Positions 1 through 10,942 of a stretch of DNA of 64,000 bases are shown here, piece after piece (positions within the stretch are counted from its first letter, which is position 1; each line of letters begins with the position of its first letter). Origin of the DNA: a phage. The position numbers and the translations under genes are program-made. The stretch lies in the sequence record PZ452589.1, one strand, 5' to 3'. Below the pieces are notes generated by a model, which was not told the DNA's origin, ran no database searches, and was given only the letters and a program-made list of their open reading frames with translations.

Positions 1-32
1 ACATATTTACGTTCAAAGTTGATGTAGTTCAT
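1..32 (-). CDS. N-terminal ~10 codons (MNYINFERKY..) of a minus-strand gene continuing left of the window
   Basis: ATG (comp 30-32) preceded by GGAGAATAAA SD; rest of ORF is outside the window. Confidence 0.3.
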   Translation of the reverse strand, partial: MNYINFERKY

Positions 33-68
33 TTTATTCTCCAAGATGTTTAATTGCGGTACAGGTAT

Positions 69-97
69 ATAATATCATATCCTGTACCAAAGTAAAC
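69..97 (-). promoter_or_regulatory. T4 early-promoter-like element (GTTTACT-N16-TATTAT)
   Basis: minus-strand GTTTAC at 92-97 and TATTAT at 69-74; overlaps an 8-bp inverted repeat ggtacagg/cctgtacc. Confidence 0.4.
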
Positions 98-99
98 AA

Positions 100-432
100 T
101 TATTTTACTACTTTCCAATGCTGCATGTCAAGTTTACCAACTTTTTTCATCTTCTCAATTAAGCGTTCGGCACGTTGGCGAGCTGTAACATAATACCATT
201 CACCTAATTCATTTTGTTCAATTTTTCCAACGATTACTGTATTCAATTCATAAATCCAACCAGTAAAGAAATTATGAACTTGAATTGTAAAGGTGAAATC
301 TGTTCCCATACCTTCTGTTGTTTCTACTTCAATAATATCACCTTCAACTGCCATTAAGAACCACATAGTTTCATCATATTTACCATTGAAGCATTTAGTT
401 TTAACTGCAGCGTTCAGATTAATCGTTTTCAT
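100..432 (-). CDS. hypothetical protein, 110 aa (gene 30.x region)
   Basis: ORF with AAGGAG SD 8 nt before ATG; promoter directly upstream; identity not recognised. Confidence 0.6.
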   Translation of the reverse strand: MKTINLNAAVKTKCFNGKYDETMWFLMAVEGDIIEVETTEGMGTDFTFTIQVHNFFTGWIYELNTVIVGKIEQNELGEWYYVTARQRAERLIEKMKKVGKLDMQHWKVVK

Positions 433-459
433 TTTATTCTCCTTTGTTTGTGTAAGATA

Positions 460-489
460 ATACTATCACAAAGGAACCATACTGTAAAC
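460..489 (-). promoter_or_regulatory. T4 early-promoter-like element (GTTTACA-N17-TAGTAT)
   Basis: minus-strand GTTTACA at 483-489, TAGTAT at 460-465, TGTG just upstream of -10. Confidence 0.45.
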
Positions 490-511
490 AACTTTATGCA
501 ATCTTTGGAAA

Positions 512-537
512 ATAAAAAAGGACTCCCGAAGGAGTCC
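512..537 (-). terminator. rho-independent terminator with C(UUCG)G hairpin
   Basis: minus-strand RNA GGACUCC-UUCG-GGAGUCC followed by UUUUUUAUUUU, immediately after stop of ORF 543-719. Confidence 0.6.
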
Positions 538-542
538 TCAAC

Positions 543-719
543 TTATGCTTTCTGCTTACCAAAACGAGAAGCATCATCTCGAAGAACCGCACGTGCTCGG
601 CGCATGATCTTCTCAACAGTTTGATTGATACGAGAGTTCGACCCACGCTTGTAGCCAGCGCGTTTAGAATCACCAACTTTCTTTTCAACTGCTTTCTTTG
701 CTTTAGCTTGTTTTGCCAT
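543..719 (-). CDS. small highly basic protein, 58 aa (MAKQAKAKKAVEKK..)
   Basis: Lys/Arg-rich ORF; start chosen at internal ATG 717-719 with AGAGAA SD-like sequence; track ORF extends to 761. Confidence 0.5.
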   Translation of the reverse strand: MAKQAKAKKAVEKKVGDSKRAGYKRGSNSRINQTVEKIMRRARAVLRDDASRFGKQKA

Positions 720-1117
720 TATAAATTCTCTTTTAAATGAAAATGCAGGACTTATTGGCATTGCCTGCGCAAGCCCTCAAGGGGAACATAGGTTTTTTGA
801 TATTTAACGACCAGGATAACCATAAACCCGTCATCATACCTTATAGCTCTTATCTGTTGCACACCGTTAGCTTAAAGGTTCCGGGTTCGATTTCTCGAGG
901 ATAAGATATATACTGATGGATATATAGGCCTTGAGGCGTACTCCCGATTGGCCATCACCTCGGGGTAGCATGCACTTGCCGCTATAAGAATAACATTCAA
1001 GAGGTACACCGTAAAACTGCCGGGGTCTTAAAACTATAATGATTCGCAAATCATTAATCAGACAGTTCGACGGCTCCTCGTTTTAACTTCACACTAAGGC
1101 AGTGACTCTCCAATAAA

Positions 1118-1366
1118 TTACTTCAGTGTTACCACAAAGTGACGAACTGCTTTTCGTGCAGCAGAAGCCAGAGGCTTAGCATATTTAAGTTCATCTTTTT
1201 CCTGAAGCTCAGCAGCTAATGCAGTTTGAGCAGGATTCAGATGTTTGAAATAACGCAGGATTTCAAGAGCTTCGGCTTCAACATCAATAGATGCGCCATA
1301 GTTTTCGTGACCATTATTCCATGCGTTTCGTTGCAGTTCAAGAGCGTGTTGTAATTGTTTAATCAT
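1118..1366 (-). CDS. rIII: rIII lysis-inhibition accessory protein, 82 aa
   Basis: 82-aa ORF matching remembered T4 rIII length and its position immediately downstream of gene 31. Confidence 0.85.
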   Translation of the reverse strand: MIKQLQHALELQRNAWNNGHENYGASIDVEAEALEILRYFKHLNPAQTALAAELQEKDELKYAKPLASAARKAVRHFVVTLK

Positions 1367-1505
1367 TTAAAAATTCTCGTTAGAGATTAAAACTCGGTAG
1401 TCACGTTCTTCTGAATTTCATCTTCTTTCGACAGATCTCTCAGTTGTAGACTACCACATAGAATTGTTCGGTTAACTTATTATTCCGACACCCAATTCAT
1501 ATTAT

Positions 1506-1513
1506 TATTTATA
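1506..1513 (-). promoter_or_regulatory. T4 late promoter core TATAAATA upstream of rIII
   Basis: exact TATAAATA on minus strand directly after gene 31 stop, ~140 nt upstream of rIII ATG. Confidence 0.45.
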
Positions 1514-1849
1514 TCACTTATAAAGACACGGAATAGCTTTATAGTGACAGGTAACGAATTTTTGTTTAATTTCTTTTGGCTGCTTAAGACCCAGAGCTAC
1601 AAAAGGGTGTGGAACGTTTCGAATTTGACCAACTGGAAGAGAAGTCAAATCACCAACTTCACAGAAACCTTCAGGAACATCAGGACCGACAGAGTGAACT
1701 ACACACAGTTCAGGAACTTCACCTTGAACACGTTTACCGATAATAAGTCCTGATTCTGTAACTTCTTCATCACCGGCTTGTGCAGGTTCAGAAACTAAAA
1801 TAACATATTCACCGACAGCACGAATTGGTAGCTGTTGTACTTCAGACAT
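1514..1849 (-). CDS. 31: gp31 co-chaperonin (GroES analogue), 111 aa
   Basis: [22 protein letters not shown].. matches remembered T4 gp31; length 111 aa. Confidence 0.9.
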
Positions 1850-1871
1850 CGTTTTTTCCTTTTTGTTAACA

Positions 1872-1896
1872 GATGAATTAATAATAACAAATAATT
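1872..1896 (-). promoter_or_regulatory. MotA-dependent middle promoter (TGCTTTA-N12-TATTAT) for gene 31
   Basis: minus-strand MotA box TGCTTTA (1890-1896), 12-nt spacer, TATTAT (1872-1877); T4 gene 31 is known to have a middle promoter. Confidence 0.5.
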
Positions 1897-1906
1897 CTTA
1901 AAGCAT

Positions 1907-2215
1907 TTATTTACCAATAAATTGGAGCAAATGCTCAACTTTCATACCATTAACGGAAATCAATTTGTCAATAGAAAAACCTCGCCATGCACCAAGTTCA
2001 ACATCAAATACTGGAATCATATCAGTAGATTCTTTCCGAGTAGATTCAGTCAATTTACCAGTTTGCATGGTTGGCATAAAGTCAGCATCGCGAGTACCTT
2101 TCATAACACGAATAGTACCATCAGACTTTTCAAAAACTACGTTTGAAACACCCATGGACAATTTAGTTTTCAAAATTTCACGAATTGCTACTTTTTGTTC
2201 AGTCGTCAGTTTCAT
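1907..2215 (-). CDS. hypothetical protein, 102 aa (31.1 position)
   Basis: ORF abutting gene 31 region; position-based. Confidence 0.6.
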   Translation of the reverse strand: MKLTTEQKVAIREILKTKLSMGVSNVVFEKSDGTIRVMKGTRDADFMPTMQTGKLTESTRKESTDMIPVFDVELGAWRGFSIDKLISVNGMKVEHLLQFIGK

Positions 2216-2452
2216 TTATTTACCTATTACAGTTTTAATATGAGTTGTTCCACGTTCTTTAAGAGTGGAAAGTAATTTTTGGCATTTTTCTAAATCAGAT
2301 TTCCAACTATGTGGTCTATCAATACAAACCCAGTTTGACTTATAATACTGCTTCCATTTAGAGAAAAAATACTTCTTATACTCTACAGCAAATGAAATGT
2401 TCTCGTTGGAATAAGAACTAATTGCTGTGAGCTGTACCAAACGAAATTTCAT
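2216..2452 (-). CDS. hypothetical protein, 78 aa (31.2 position)
   Basis: ORF packed between 31.1-like ORF and cd. Confidence 0.55.
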   Translation of the reverse strand: MKFRLVQLTAISSYSNENISFAVEYKKYFFSKWKQYYKSNWVCIDRPHSWKSDLEKCQKLLSTLKERGTTHIKTVIGK

Positions 2453-3033
2453 TATTCACCACAGAATTCGTTGATATTTTCCCAGTTTAACTTATTCAAG
2501 TTTTTCTTAGGAACATTAAACACTTCAATACCTGCATTTCGCAGAATATCATCCCAGCCAGGTTTATTTTTATCGTATGTTTCGCAATAAACCAGCTTTT
2601 TAATTCCAGATTGAGCTATCGCTTTTGCGCAATCTGGACATGGAGAAAGTGTTACATACATAGTAGCACCTTCAATAGAAGAACCATTTCGTGCAGCAAA
2701 CAAAATTGCATTTAGTTCAGCATGAATTTCATTTTTAGATGACCATTCCGAGTGAGCACTACGATGTTCTTTCGCCAAGACAAAACGATCAGTTGAACCA
2801 AATGATACGCATTCAGGCTTATGACCTTGAATGATAGTATGTTTAGGCTTATTCAACAACCAACCTTGCTCAGCAGCATAATCACAACAGTTCACACCCC
2901 CTGCAGGTGAACCATTATATCCGGTAGAAATAATACGTCCATTCTTTTCAATTACTGCTCCTACCTTCCAGGAGCAACATTTTGATTCCTGCGATACTAA
3001 ATATGCAATTTGAAGTACTGTACTCGCTTTCAT
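2452..3033 (-). CDS. cd: dCMP deaminase, 193 aa
   Basis: HAELNAI and SPCPDCAKAI zinc-binding deaminase motifs; length equals T4 Cd. Confidence 0.9.
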   Translation of the reverse strand: MKASTVLQIAYLVSQESKCCSWKVGAVIEKNGRIISTGYNGSPAGGVNCCDYAAEQGWLLNKPKHTIIQGHKPECVSFGSTDRFVLAKEHRSAHSEWSSKNEIHAELNAILFAARNGSSIEGATMYVTLSPCPDCAKAIAQSGIKKLVYCETYDKNKPGWDDILRNAGIEVFNVPKKNLNKLNWENINEFCGE

Positions 3034-3368
3034 TTCATAATCACCAGATAAGCAGATTTAGCAGTTTCAACACGATAAATTTCGTGACGAAGTTTAGTTA
3101 TACTTTTAATAACAGAACTAATTATATTCTGCCCATCTTTAAAGCGGTTTTTCTTATCAATAAAAATTGCACCAGCCATCTTTTTGTGAAGCTCAACTGG
3201 ATACTTCGTCACAATAATAGCATCATACACAGAAGGATGAATACTATTCACTAGAGTGTCATTCATTAAAGTTATTCTAATGAACTGTGCTGTGTCAGAG
3301 TCAAGCGCTCTATGATCGCCAGTATCATTTTCAAGACAATTATCAATTATATCAGTTAAATTCATCAT
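3030..3368 (-). CDS. hypothetical protein, 112 aa (cd.x)
   Basis: ORF with 4-nt overlap to cd; function unknown. Confidence 0.55.
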   Translation of the reverse strand: MMNLTDIIDNCLENDTGDHRALDSDTAQFIRITLMNDTLVNSIHPSVYDAIIVTKYPVELHKKMAGAIFIDKKNRFKDGQNIISSVIKSITKLRHEIYRVETAKSAYLVIMK

Positions 3369-3601
3369 AGTACGCCATACACCCTTTGTGCTTCAACTAA
3401 TCCATCAAAATCCAATTTGAGATGTGTTATTTGGTCACCATCACCTGGATTCACAATTACTAATACCGAACGAGGAGTTTCGGTAATAACACGAACCGAC
3501 GTTTCAGGAAATCGTTCAGAAACCTTATTTACCAATTCTTGAGCAAATAGTTTAACTTTTTCTTGGAATTCTTTAACAGTAATTGGTTTTTCGCTTAGCA
3601 T
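3365..3601 (-). CDS. hypothetical protein, 78 aa (cd.x)
   Basis: tightly packed ORF, overlaps neighbours by 4-7 nt. Confidence 0.55.
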   Translation of the reverse strand: MLSEKPITVKEFQEKVKLFAQELVNKVSERFPETSVRVITETPRSVLVIVNPGDGDQITHLKLDFDGLVEAQRVYGVL

Positions 3602-4122
3602 GTTGATCCTAGCTCCTTACTTTCAACATTTTTAACTAATTTGACAGAAACTAATTCAGCATCTTGGGTAATCATTACCGGACCTTCTTCATGCTCTTCA
3701 AGATATTCTAGAGCTTTCTTTTTAGCTTCTTCCTTCGTATCAGTTTGAGCATAGATATAGAACATACAACCAGTAATACCTACTACTTTCCACTTAATTT
3801 CTTTATCAGTTTTAATTTCAAATTTACTTACAGAATCATCTTTTTGAACTTCTTCGAAAAAAGAATATTCTGACATATAAGCAATTGAAAATAACGGGCT
3901 AACTTTATAGGATTCACCCATTACATCAACAGCTTTATACCAACAATCATCAATTTCACGTTTAATGCTAATAACATTTTTCGCAGGATCTATTTTTACT
4001 TTAAATGAATTTTCCCCAATAAACTGGGCAATTCGTTTATTAGCCCCGCAAGTTTCATTAAAAATATCTTTATATCCAGCTTTAAAGCGATAAACCTTAT
4101 CTTCTTCAAACCATTCGCTCAT
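3595..4122 (-). CDS. hypothetical protein, 175 aa (cd.x)
   Basis: ORF; function unknown. Confidence 0.55.
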   Translation of the reverse strand: MSEWFEEDKVYRFKAGYKDIFNETCGANKRIAQFIGENSFKVKIDPAKNVISIKREIDDCWYKAVDVMGESYKVSPLFSIAYMSEYSFFEEVQKDDSVSKFEIKTDKEIKWKVVGITGCMFYIYAQTDTKEEAKKKALEYLEEHEEGPVMITQDAELVSVKLVKNVESKELGSTC

Positions 4123-4184
4123 TTCAATTTCCTCATTTGTTTTGGTAGAGCTATAATATCACAACTCTACCGTAAAGTAAACCA

Positions 4185-4490
4185 TTAAATCGCTTTGAAT
4201 TCCGCAGTTTGAGATTCAAAGCGAATGTCGCCTTTGATAACTAGCTCAGCATCAAGACCGAATACAACAATGATATGCGCGGAACCTGGATACAACGTAA
4301 TGGCAATAGAATCCACCTGGTCTGGAAGCAAAGTGTTCAATACATGAGTCACTTGAGCGTGGATTCGAAGCTCAGCTGCGTTATCAAGTTTTTCAAACAT
4401 ATTATTAGCGATAATTTGACTAAACACTACTTCTACGATTTTAGAGTAAGTCGGAAACATATTTACCTCACATAATTTTCTTCGAGCCAA
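4185..4490 (-). CDS. hypothetical protein, 101 aa (cd.x)
   Basis: ORF; start uncertain (internal Met possible). Confidence 0.5.
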   Translation of the reverse strand: MARRKLCEVNMFPTYSKIVEVVFSQIIANNMFEKLDNAAELRIHAQVTHVLNTLLPDQVDSIAITLYPGSAHIIVVFGLDAELVIKGDIRFESQTAEFKAI

Positions 4491-4655
4491 TCAATAACAT
4501 CCAAAGCGTTATCAAAAGTTGCGCCATCTACTTTGTCTTCTGTTTCATAATCAAGAACATCTAGGCCTACTCTTCCGTCAACAATAGGCCATAGACAAAA
4601 TAGATATTTCTTTTCTTTTTCAATTTTATCACAAAGACGATAAATCTTTTCTAGG

Positions 4656-4663
<8 letters not shown>
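4463..4663 (-). CDS. hypothetical protein, 66 aa
   Basis: ORF overlapping neighbours at both ends. Confidence 0.45.
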
Positions 4664-6078
<1,415 letters not shown>

Positions 6079-6306
6079 TTATTTTTTCTCAACTAATGAT
6101 TGAATATAATCATGCAGATCTTTAGATGCTTTGCCCCACTTATTTTGGTATTCATTTTTAAGATTAGCACGTGATTGAGCTAATAAAACATCATTAGTTG
6201 GAGGTAAAGATTCTAATCGCTGAATCTGGCGTCCATAAATCATTGCAGCCATCTCGGATTCATAAATCAATCCTTTGAGATGTTCAAATTGATGCCATGA
6301 AATCAT
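6079..6306 (-). CDS. hypothetical protein, 75 aa (pseT.x)
   Basis: ORF; function unknown. Confidence 0.5.
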   Translation of the reverse strand: MISWHQFEHLKGLIYESEMAAMIYGRQIQRLESLPPTNDVLLAQSRANLKNEYQNKWGKASKDLHDYIQSLVEKK

Positions 6307-6602
6307 TTACATTTATCCTCTTTTAACTCTTGACGATAATAACATATCATAGTTTTCTGGTCGTGTACATATCGTTTTACATCATTAAGCCAAATACGAA
6401 ATTCCTGAGAATCTTCAAATGGCATACCGACCCAAGCTTTACCATCAATAACTTTAACTTGCCAAGATAATTTAGCTTCGTCATATGACTTTATTTGTAC
6501 AGGCCAATTAGGATGAACTGTTTCTTTCTTTACTTCTAGAGGCTTTGTCGAACAACCAACTAGAAGACCAATAGATAATATTACTGCTGATAGTTTAATC
6601 AT
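6303..6602 (-). CDS. predicted lipoprotein, 99 aa
   Basis: N-terminus MIKLSAVILSIGLLVGCS has signal peptide with LVGC lipobox. Confidence 0.55.
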   Translation of the reverse strand: MIKLSAVILSIGLLVGCSTKPLEVKKETVHPNWPVQIKSYDEAKLSWQVKVIDGKAWVGMPFEDSQEFRIWLNDVKRYVHDQKTMICYYRQELKEDKCK

Positions 6603-6952
6603 TTAGAAAGGTCCTGGATGTCTTCTGCGAACTTGTTGAAGGAGTTGTTGATTTGTTTTTCAACCAATCCTGGCTTATGAGCCACCACATCCGCCTTCTT
6701 TGCATCTTTGCGCAGTTTTTCATTTTCACGCTCAATAGCAGCAATTGCCTCACGATTTTTATTATTCATCGCATCAATATAATTATACTGAATTCGCAAA
6801 TTATTTAATGCTAAGGCGTTTTCATTGGCCGTTTTTGTAATTTCAGTAACTGATGTTTCTAATCTTTCTACCTTATTTTTTAAAATAATAGATGTTCCGC
6901 CAAATGCTATTACAAGTAATAGCAATCCAGCTGTAAAATTACTTACATGCAT
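6599..6952 (-). CDS. predicted membrane-anchored coiled-coil protein, 117 aa
   Basis: N-terminal hydrophobic helix (AGLLLLVIAFGGTSIIL) followed by charged helical region. Confidence 0.55.
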   Translation of the reverse strand: MHVSNFTAGLLLLVIAFGGTSIILKNKVERLETSVTEITKTANENALALNNLRIQYNYIDAMNNKNREAIAAIERENEKLRKDAKKADVVAHKPGLVEKQINNSFNKFAEDIQDLSK

Positions 6953-7449
6953 AAAGTTTTAATAACCTCTATAATATCGTCTTGAGAAAGACCGTTAATT
7001 AAAATATGATGTTCAGCCGGAGATTTAGAAATTTTAAAGCACGCCGCAACATCTTCTGCCATATCCGATGCGCTACGATTTGGATTACTAATTCCAAGAC
7101 GATGCTTTCCTGTCAAAGGATTAACGATGATATAGCATTTGCAGCTATTGATATGAACATTAGGTTGAGTCTGATTAATAAACACTTCACAATCATACTT
7201 AGCGAGTTGATTTTCTAAAAAGACTTTCATCTCCTCAACCGCATCAGGAAGCATATCACGGGCTTGCTCAAGACGACGATTTCGATATTCTTTAATGGTC
7301 GTTTTCCGCTTTACTTGCTTAGCTAAATCTTTCTTAAGATCGGTGATATATCCAACTCGACGATTTCCTTTGAATACAGAAATCCCATCTGTAGTATCAC
7401 CGTATGCTTCAACGACCATTTCAGTAGTAATGAGCTGCAAATCCATCAT
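6943..7449 (-). CDS. alc: Alc, inhibitor of host transcription on dC-DNA, ~167 aa
   Basis: (M)MDLQLITTEMVVEAYGDTTDG.. matches remembered T4 Alc; adjacent to rnlA as in T4. Confidence 0.8.
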   Translation of the reverse strand: MMDLQLITTEMVVEAYGDTTDGISVFKGNRRVGYITDLKKDLAKQVKRKTTIKEYRNRRLEQARDMLPDAVEEMKVFLENQLAKYDCEVFINQTQPNVHINSCKCYIIVNPLTGKHRLGISNPNRSASDMAEDVAACFKISKSPAEHHILINGLSQDDIIEVIKTLCM

Positions 7450-7477
7450 AAAGTCCTCATGTTATGTCAGTAAGACT

Positions 7478-7507
7478 ACTGTAACACAACACGAGGGACT
7501 TGTAAAC
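7478..7507 (-). promoter_or_regulatory. early-promoter-like element (GTTTACA-N17-TACAGT) upstream of alc
   Basis: minus-strand GTTTACA at 7501-7507; weak -10. Confidence 0.35.
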
Positions 7508-7510
7508 AGC

Positions 7511-9098
<1,588 letters not shown>

Positions 9099-9104
9099 AA
9101 TAAA

Positions 9105-9122
9105 ATGGGCCTTGCGGCCCAC
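9105..9122 (-). promoter_or_regulatory. intercistronic GNRA hairpin between nrdB and denA
   Basis: minus-strand GGGCC-GCAA-GGCCC followed by AUUUUAUU, 2 nt before denA ATG. Confidence 0.4.
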
Positions 9123-9125
9123 TCC

Positions 9126-10304
9126 TTAAAAGTATTTTTTAAAACTCATCATAACTTTATCATCAACATCATTATCAATCTGTGCAACAAGATAAGATGA
9201 CAGTTCTACTTCTTGTGGCGCTGATTGAACATTATCAGAATTAAGATATTCACGAATCCAAGGATATGGATGTTTAACCGGAGCATCGGTAATTGGGCAT
9301 GGAAGACCACACTGTTTCATACGAGATACAGTTAAGTAATCAATAAAGCTCCACATGCTATTTGTATTTAATCCAGGAACATCGCCATCTTTAAATAAAT
9401 GAACTGCCCAATCTTTTTCTTGGCGGTTAACTTCCATGAAAATATCAACTGCTTCTTGTTCACACTCTTGAGCAATTTTAACCCATTCATCGCCGTCAGT
9501 GCCAAGTTGAAGTTGACGAATAATATATTGGGTGCCTTTAAGGTGAAGCTGCTCATCACGAGCAATAAATTTCATAATCTTCGCATTACCTTCCATGATT
9601 TCCATGTTCTTATGGAAGTTGAAAGTACATGCAAAGGATACATAAAAACGAATAGCTTCCAGAGCATTGATAACGTGCAGACAGAGATAAAGCGACTTCA
9701 TCAGGTCTCGTTTACATTCTTCCAAATGAGTGAGACTGTTTGAATATGCTTCTAAATCATATTCATTTTCAGCAAAATAACTAAAGTTTTCTTTGGCGTT
9801 TTCCCAAATACGTGTCTTGTCCAGAACATCATCATAATAACGACCAATAGATTCAGCACGTTTCATGATAGCTTTATCTAATACAATCTCATCAAATACC
9901 TTTGACGGATCAGCATAAAGATTTCGCATAATATGAGTGTATGAACGACTGTGAATAGTTTCACTAAAAGTCCATGTAGCAACCCATGTATCAAGGCTTG
10001 GGTCTGAAATCAATGACATAAGTACAGCAGACGGTGCACGACCCTGAATGCTATCTAGAAGTGATTGATACTTCAGGTTATTAGTAAAAATATCTTGCTG
10101 ATATTGAGGAAGCTTGTTAAATTGCGCAGCATCCATCATCAAGTTTACTTCTTCAGGACGCCAAAAAAATGATAAAGATTTCTCAATAAGTTCTTCAAAT
10201 ACTCTATGTCGTTGAATATCATATCGAGCTAAACCCAATCCAGAACCAAAAAACATCGGCTCAGTCAAAATATTAACAGGGGATGTATTAAAAACTGTAC
10301 TCAT
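9126..10304 (-). CDS. nrdB: ribonucleotide reductase small subunit, 392 aa, uninterrupted
   Basis: class Ia R2 sequence; single contiguous ORF (no group I intron). Confidence 0.9.
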   Translation of the reverse strand: MSTVFNTSPVNILTEPMFFGSGLGLARYDIQRHRVFEELIEKSLSFFWRPEEVNLMMDAAQFNKLPQYQQDIFTNNLKYQSLLDSIQGRAPSAVLMSLISDPSLDTWVATWTFSETIHSRSYTHIMRNLYADPSKVFDEIVLDKAIMKRAESIGRYYDDVLDKTRIWENAKENFSYFAENEYDLEAYSNSLTHLEECKRDLMKSLYLCLHVINALEAIRFYVSFACTFNFHKNMEIMEGNAKIMKFIARDEQLHLKGTQYIIRQLQLGTDGDEWVKIAQECEQEAVDIFMEVNRQEKDWAVHLFKDGDVPGLNTNSMWSFIDYLTVSRMKQCGLPCPITDAPVKHPYPWIREYLNSDNVQSAPQEVELSSYLVAQIDNDVDDKVMMSFKKYF

Positions 10305-10942
10305 TTAGAATCCTTAAATTTACATTTATCATAATGCCATCTTAAAGCATTGCCTTTATTAACTTTCTTGCCACAATGCGGACAAGGCGGATACTCTGTA
10401 CCTTGCTTAGTTCTCAAAGAAATCAAATCACGGGTTTCTTTAGTATGAGGAACATCTCTTGTCGGAGAGATTGTACCATACATCGGATTAAGCACGCCGA
10501 CTTTAGCAGCAGCTATATTCTTTTTAGCTTCTTCGGTTTTAGGTTTTCTCATGTGAGCTAAATGCTCTTTGGTAAATTTCCTTCCTTTAAGGGCTCTACT
10601 TATCTTTTCTCTGGTTTCTATAGAAACTTCACGTCCTATAGCAGCTTCAGATAAACGTCGTCTACCTAATTCGTACAGTTGAGAAGAAATTTTATATGAG
10701 CGATTTTTACCAGTCAAGCACATTAAACCAAAAGCTTTCTTTAATCCTGGGGTGTCATATATTTTACATAAAAGCCAATGAGCTATAAAATGCTCTCTAC
10801 CTGTTAATTCAACTAAATTTTCTTTATCATCAGAACCTCCCATACATCTAGGGATTATATGATGAGTCTCTTTATATCCTAATAAAGGTTCCCGGGTTTG
10901 AGCCCGGGAAATTAAACTATTATATACGTTTTGATAATTCAT
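10301..10942 (-). CDS. mobE: free-standing HNH homing endonuclease (mobE-like), 213 aa
   Basis: HHIIPRCMGGSDDKENLVELTGREHFIAH HNH motif; located between nrdA and nrdB as T4 mobE. Confidence 0.7.
   Translation of the reverse strand: MNYQNVYNSLISRAQTREPLLGYKETHHIIPRCMGGSDDKENLVELTGREHFIAHWLLCKIYDTPGLKKAFGLMCLTGKNRSYKISSQLYELGRRRLSEAAIGREVSIETREKISRALKGRKFTKEHLAHMRKPKTEEAKKNIAAAKVGVLNPMYGTISPTRDVPHTKETRDLISLRTKQGTEYPPCPHCGKKVNKGNALRWHYDKCKFKDSK

Noticed and set aside
870-900. Possible tRNA based on GGGTTCGATT T-loop-like motif
   Set aside because: Flanking bases do not form a T-stem or acceptor stem on either strand by manual folding; kept only as part of the island finding pending tRNAscan/Infernal.
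867-1049. 60-aa minus-strand ORF inside the GC-rich island
   Set aside because: No SD, starts in the middle of GC-rich palindromic sequence, implausible composition (MRIIIVLRPRQFYG..); more likely non-coding.
9099-9122. Upstream extension of denA (MGRKAHFI..)
   Set aside because: These codons are the GGGCC-GCAA-GGCCC intercistronic hairpin; the conserved protein starts at MKEIATEY.
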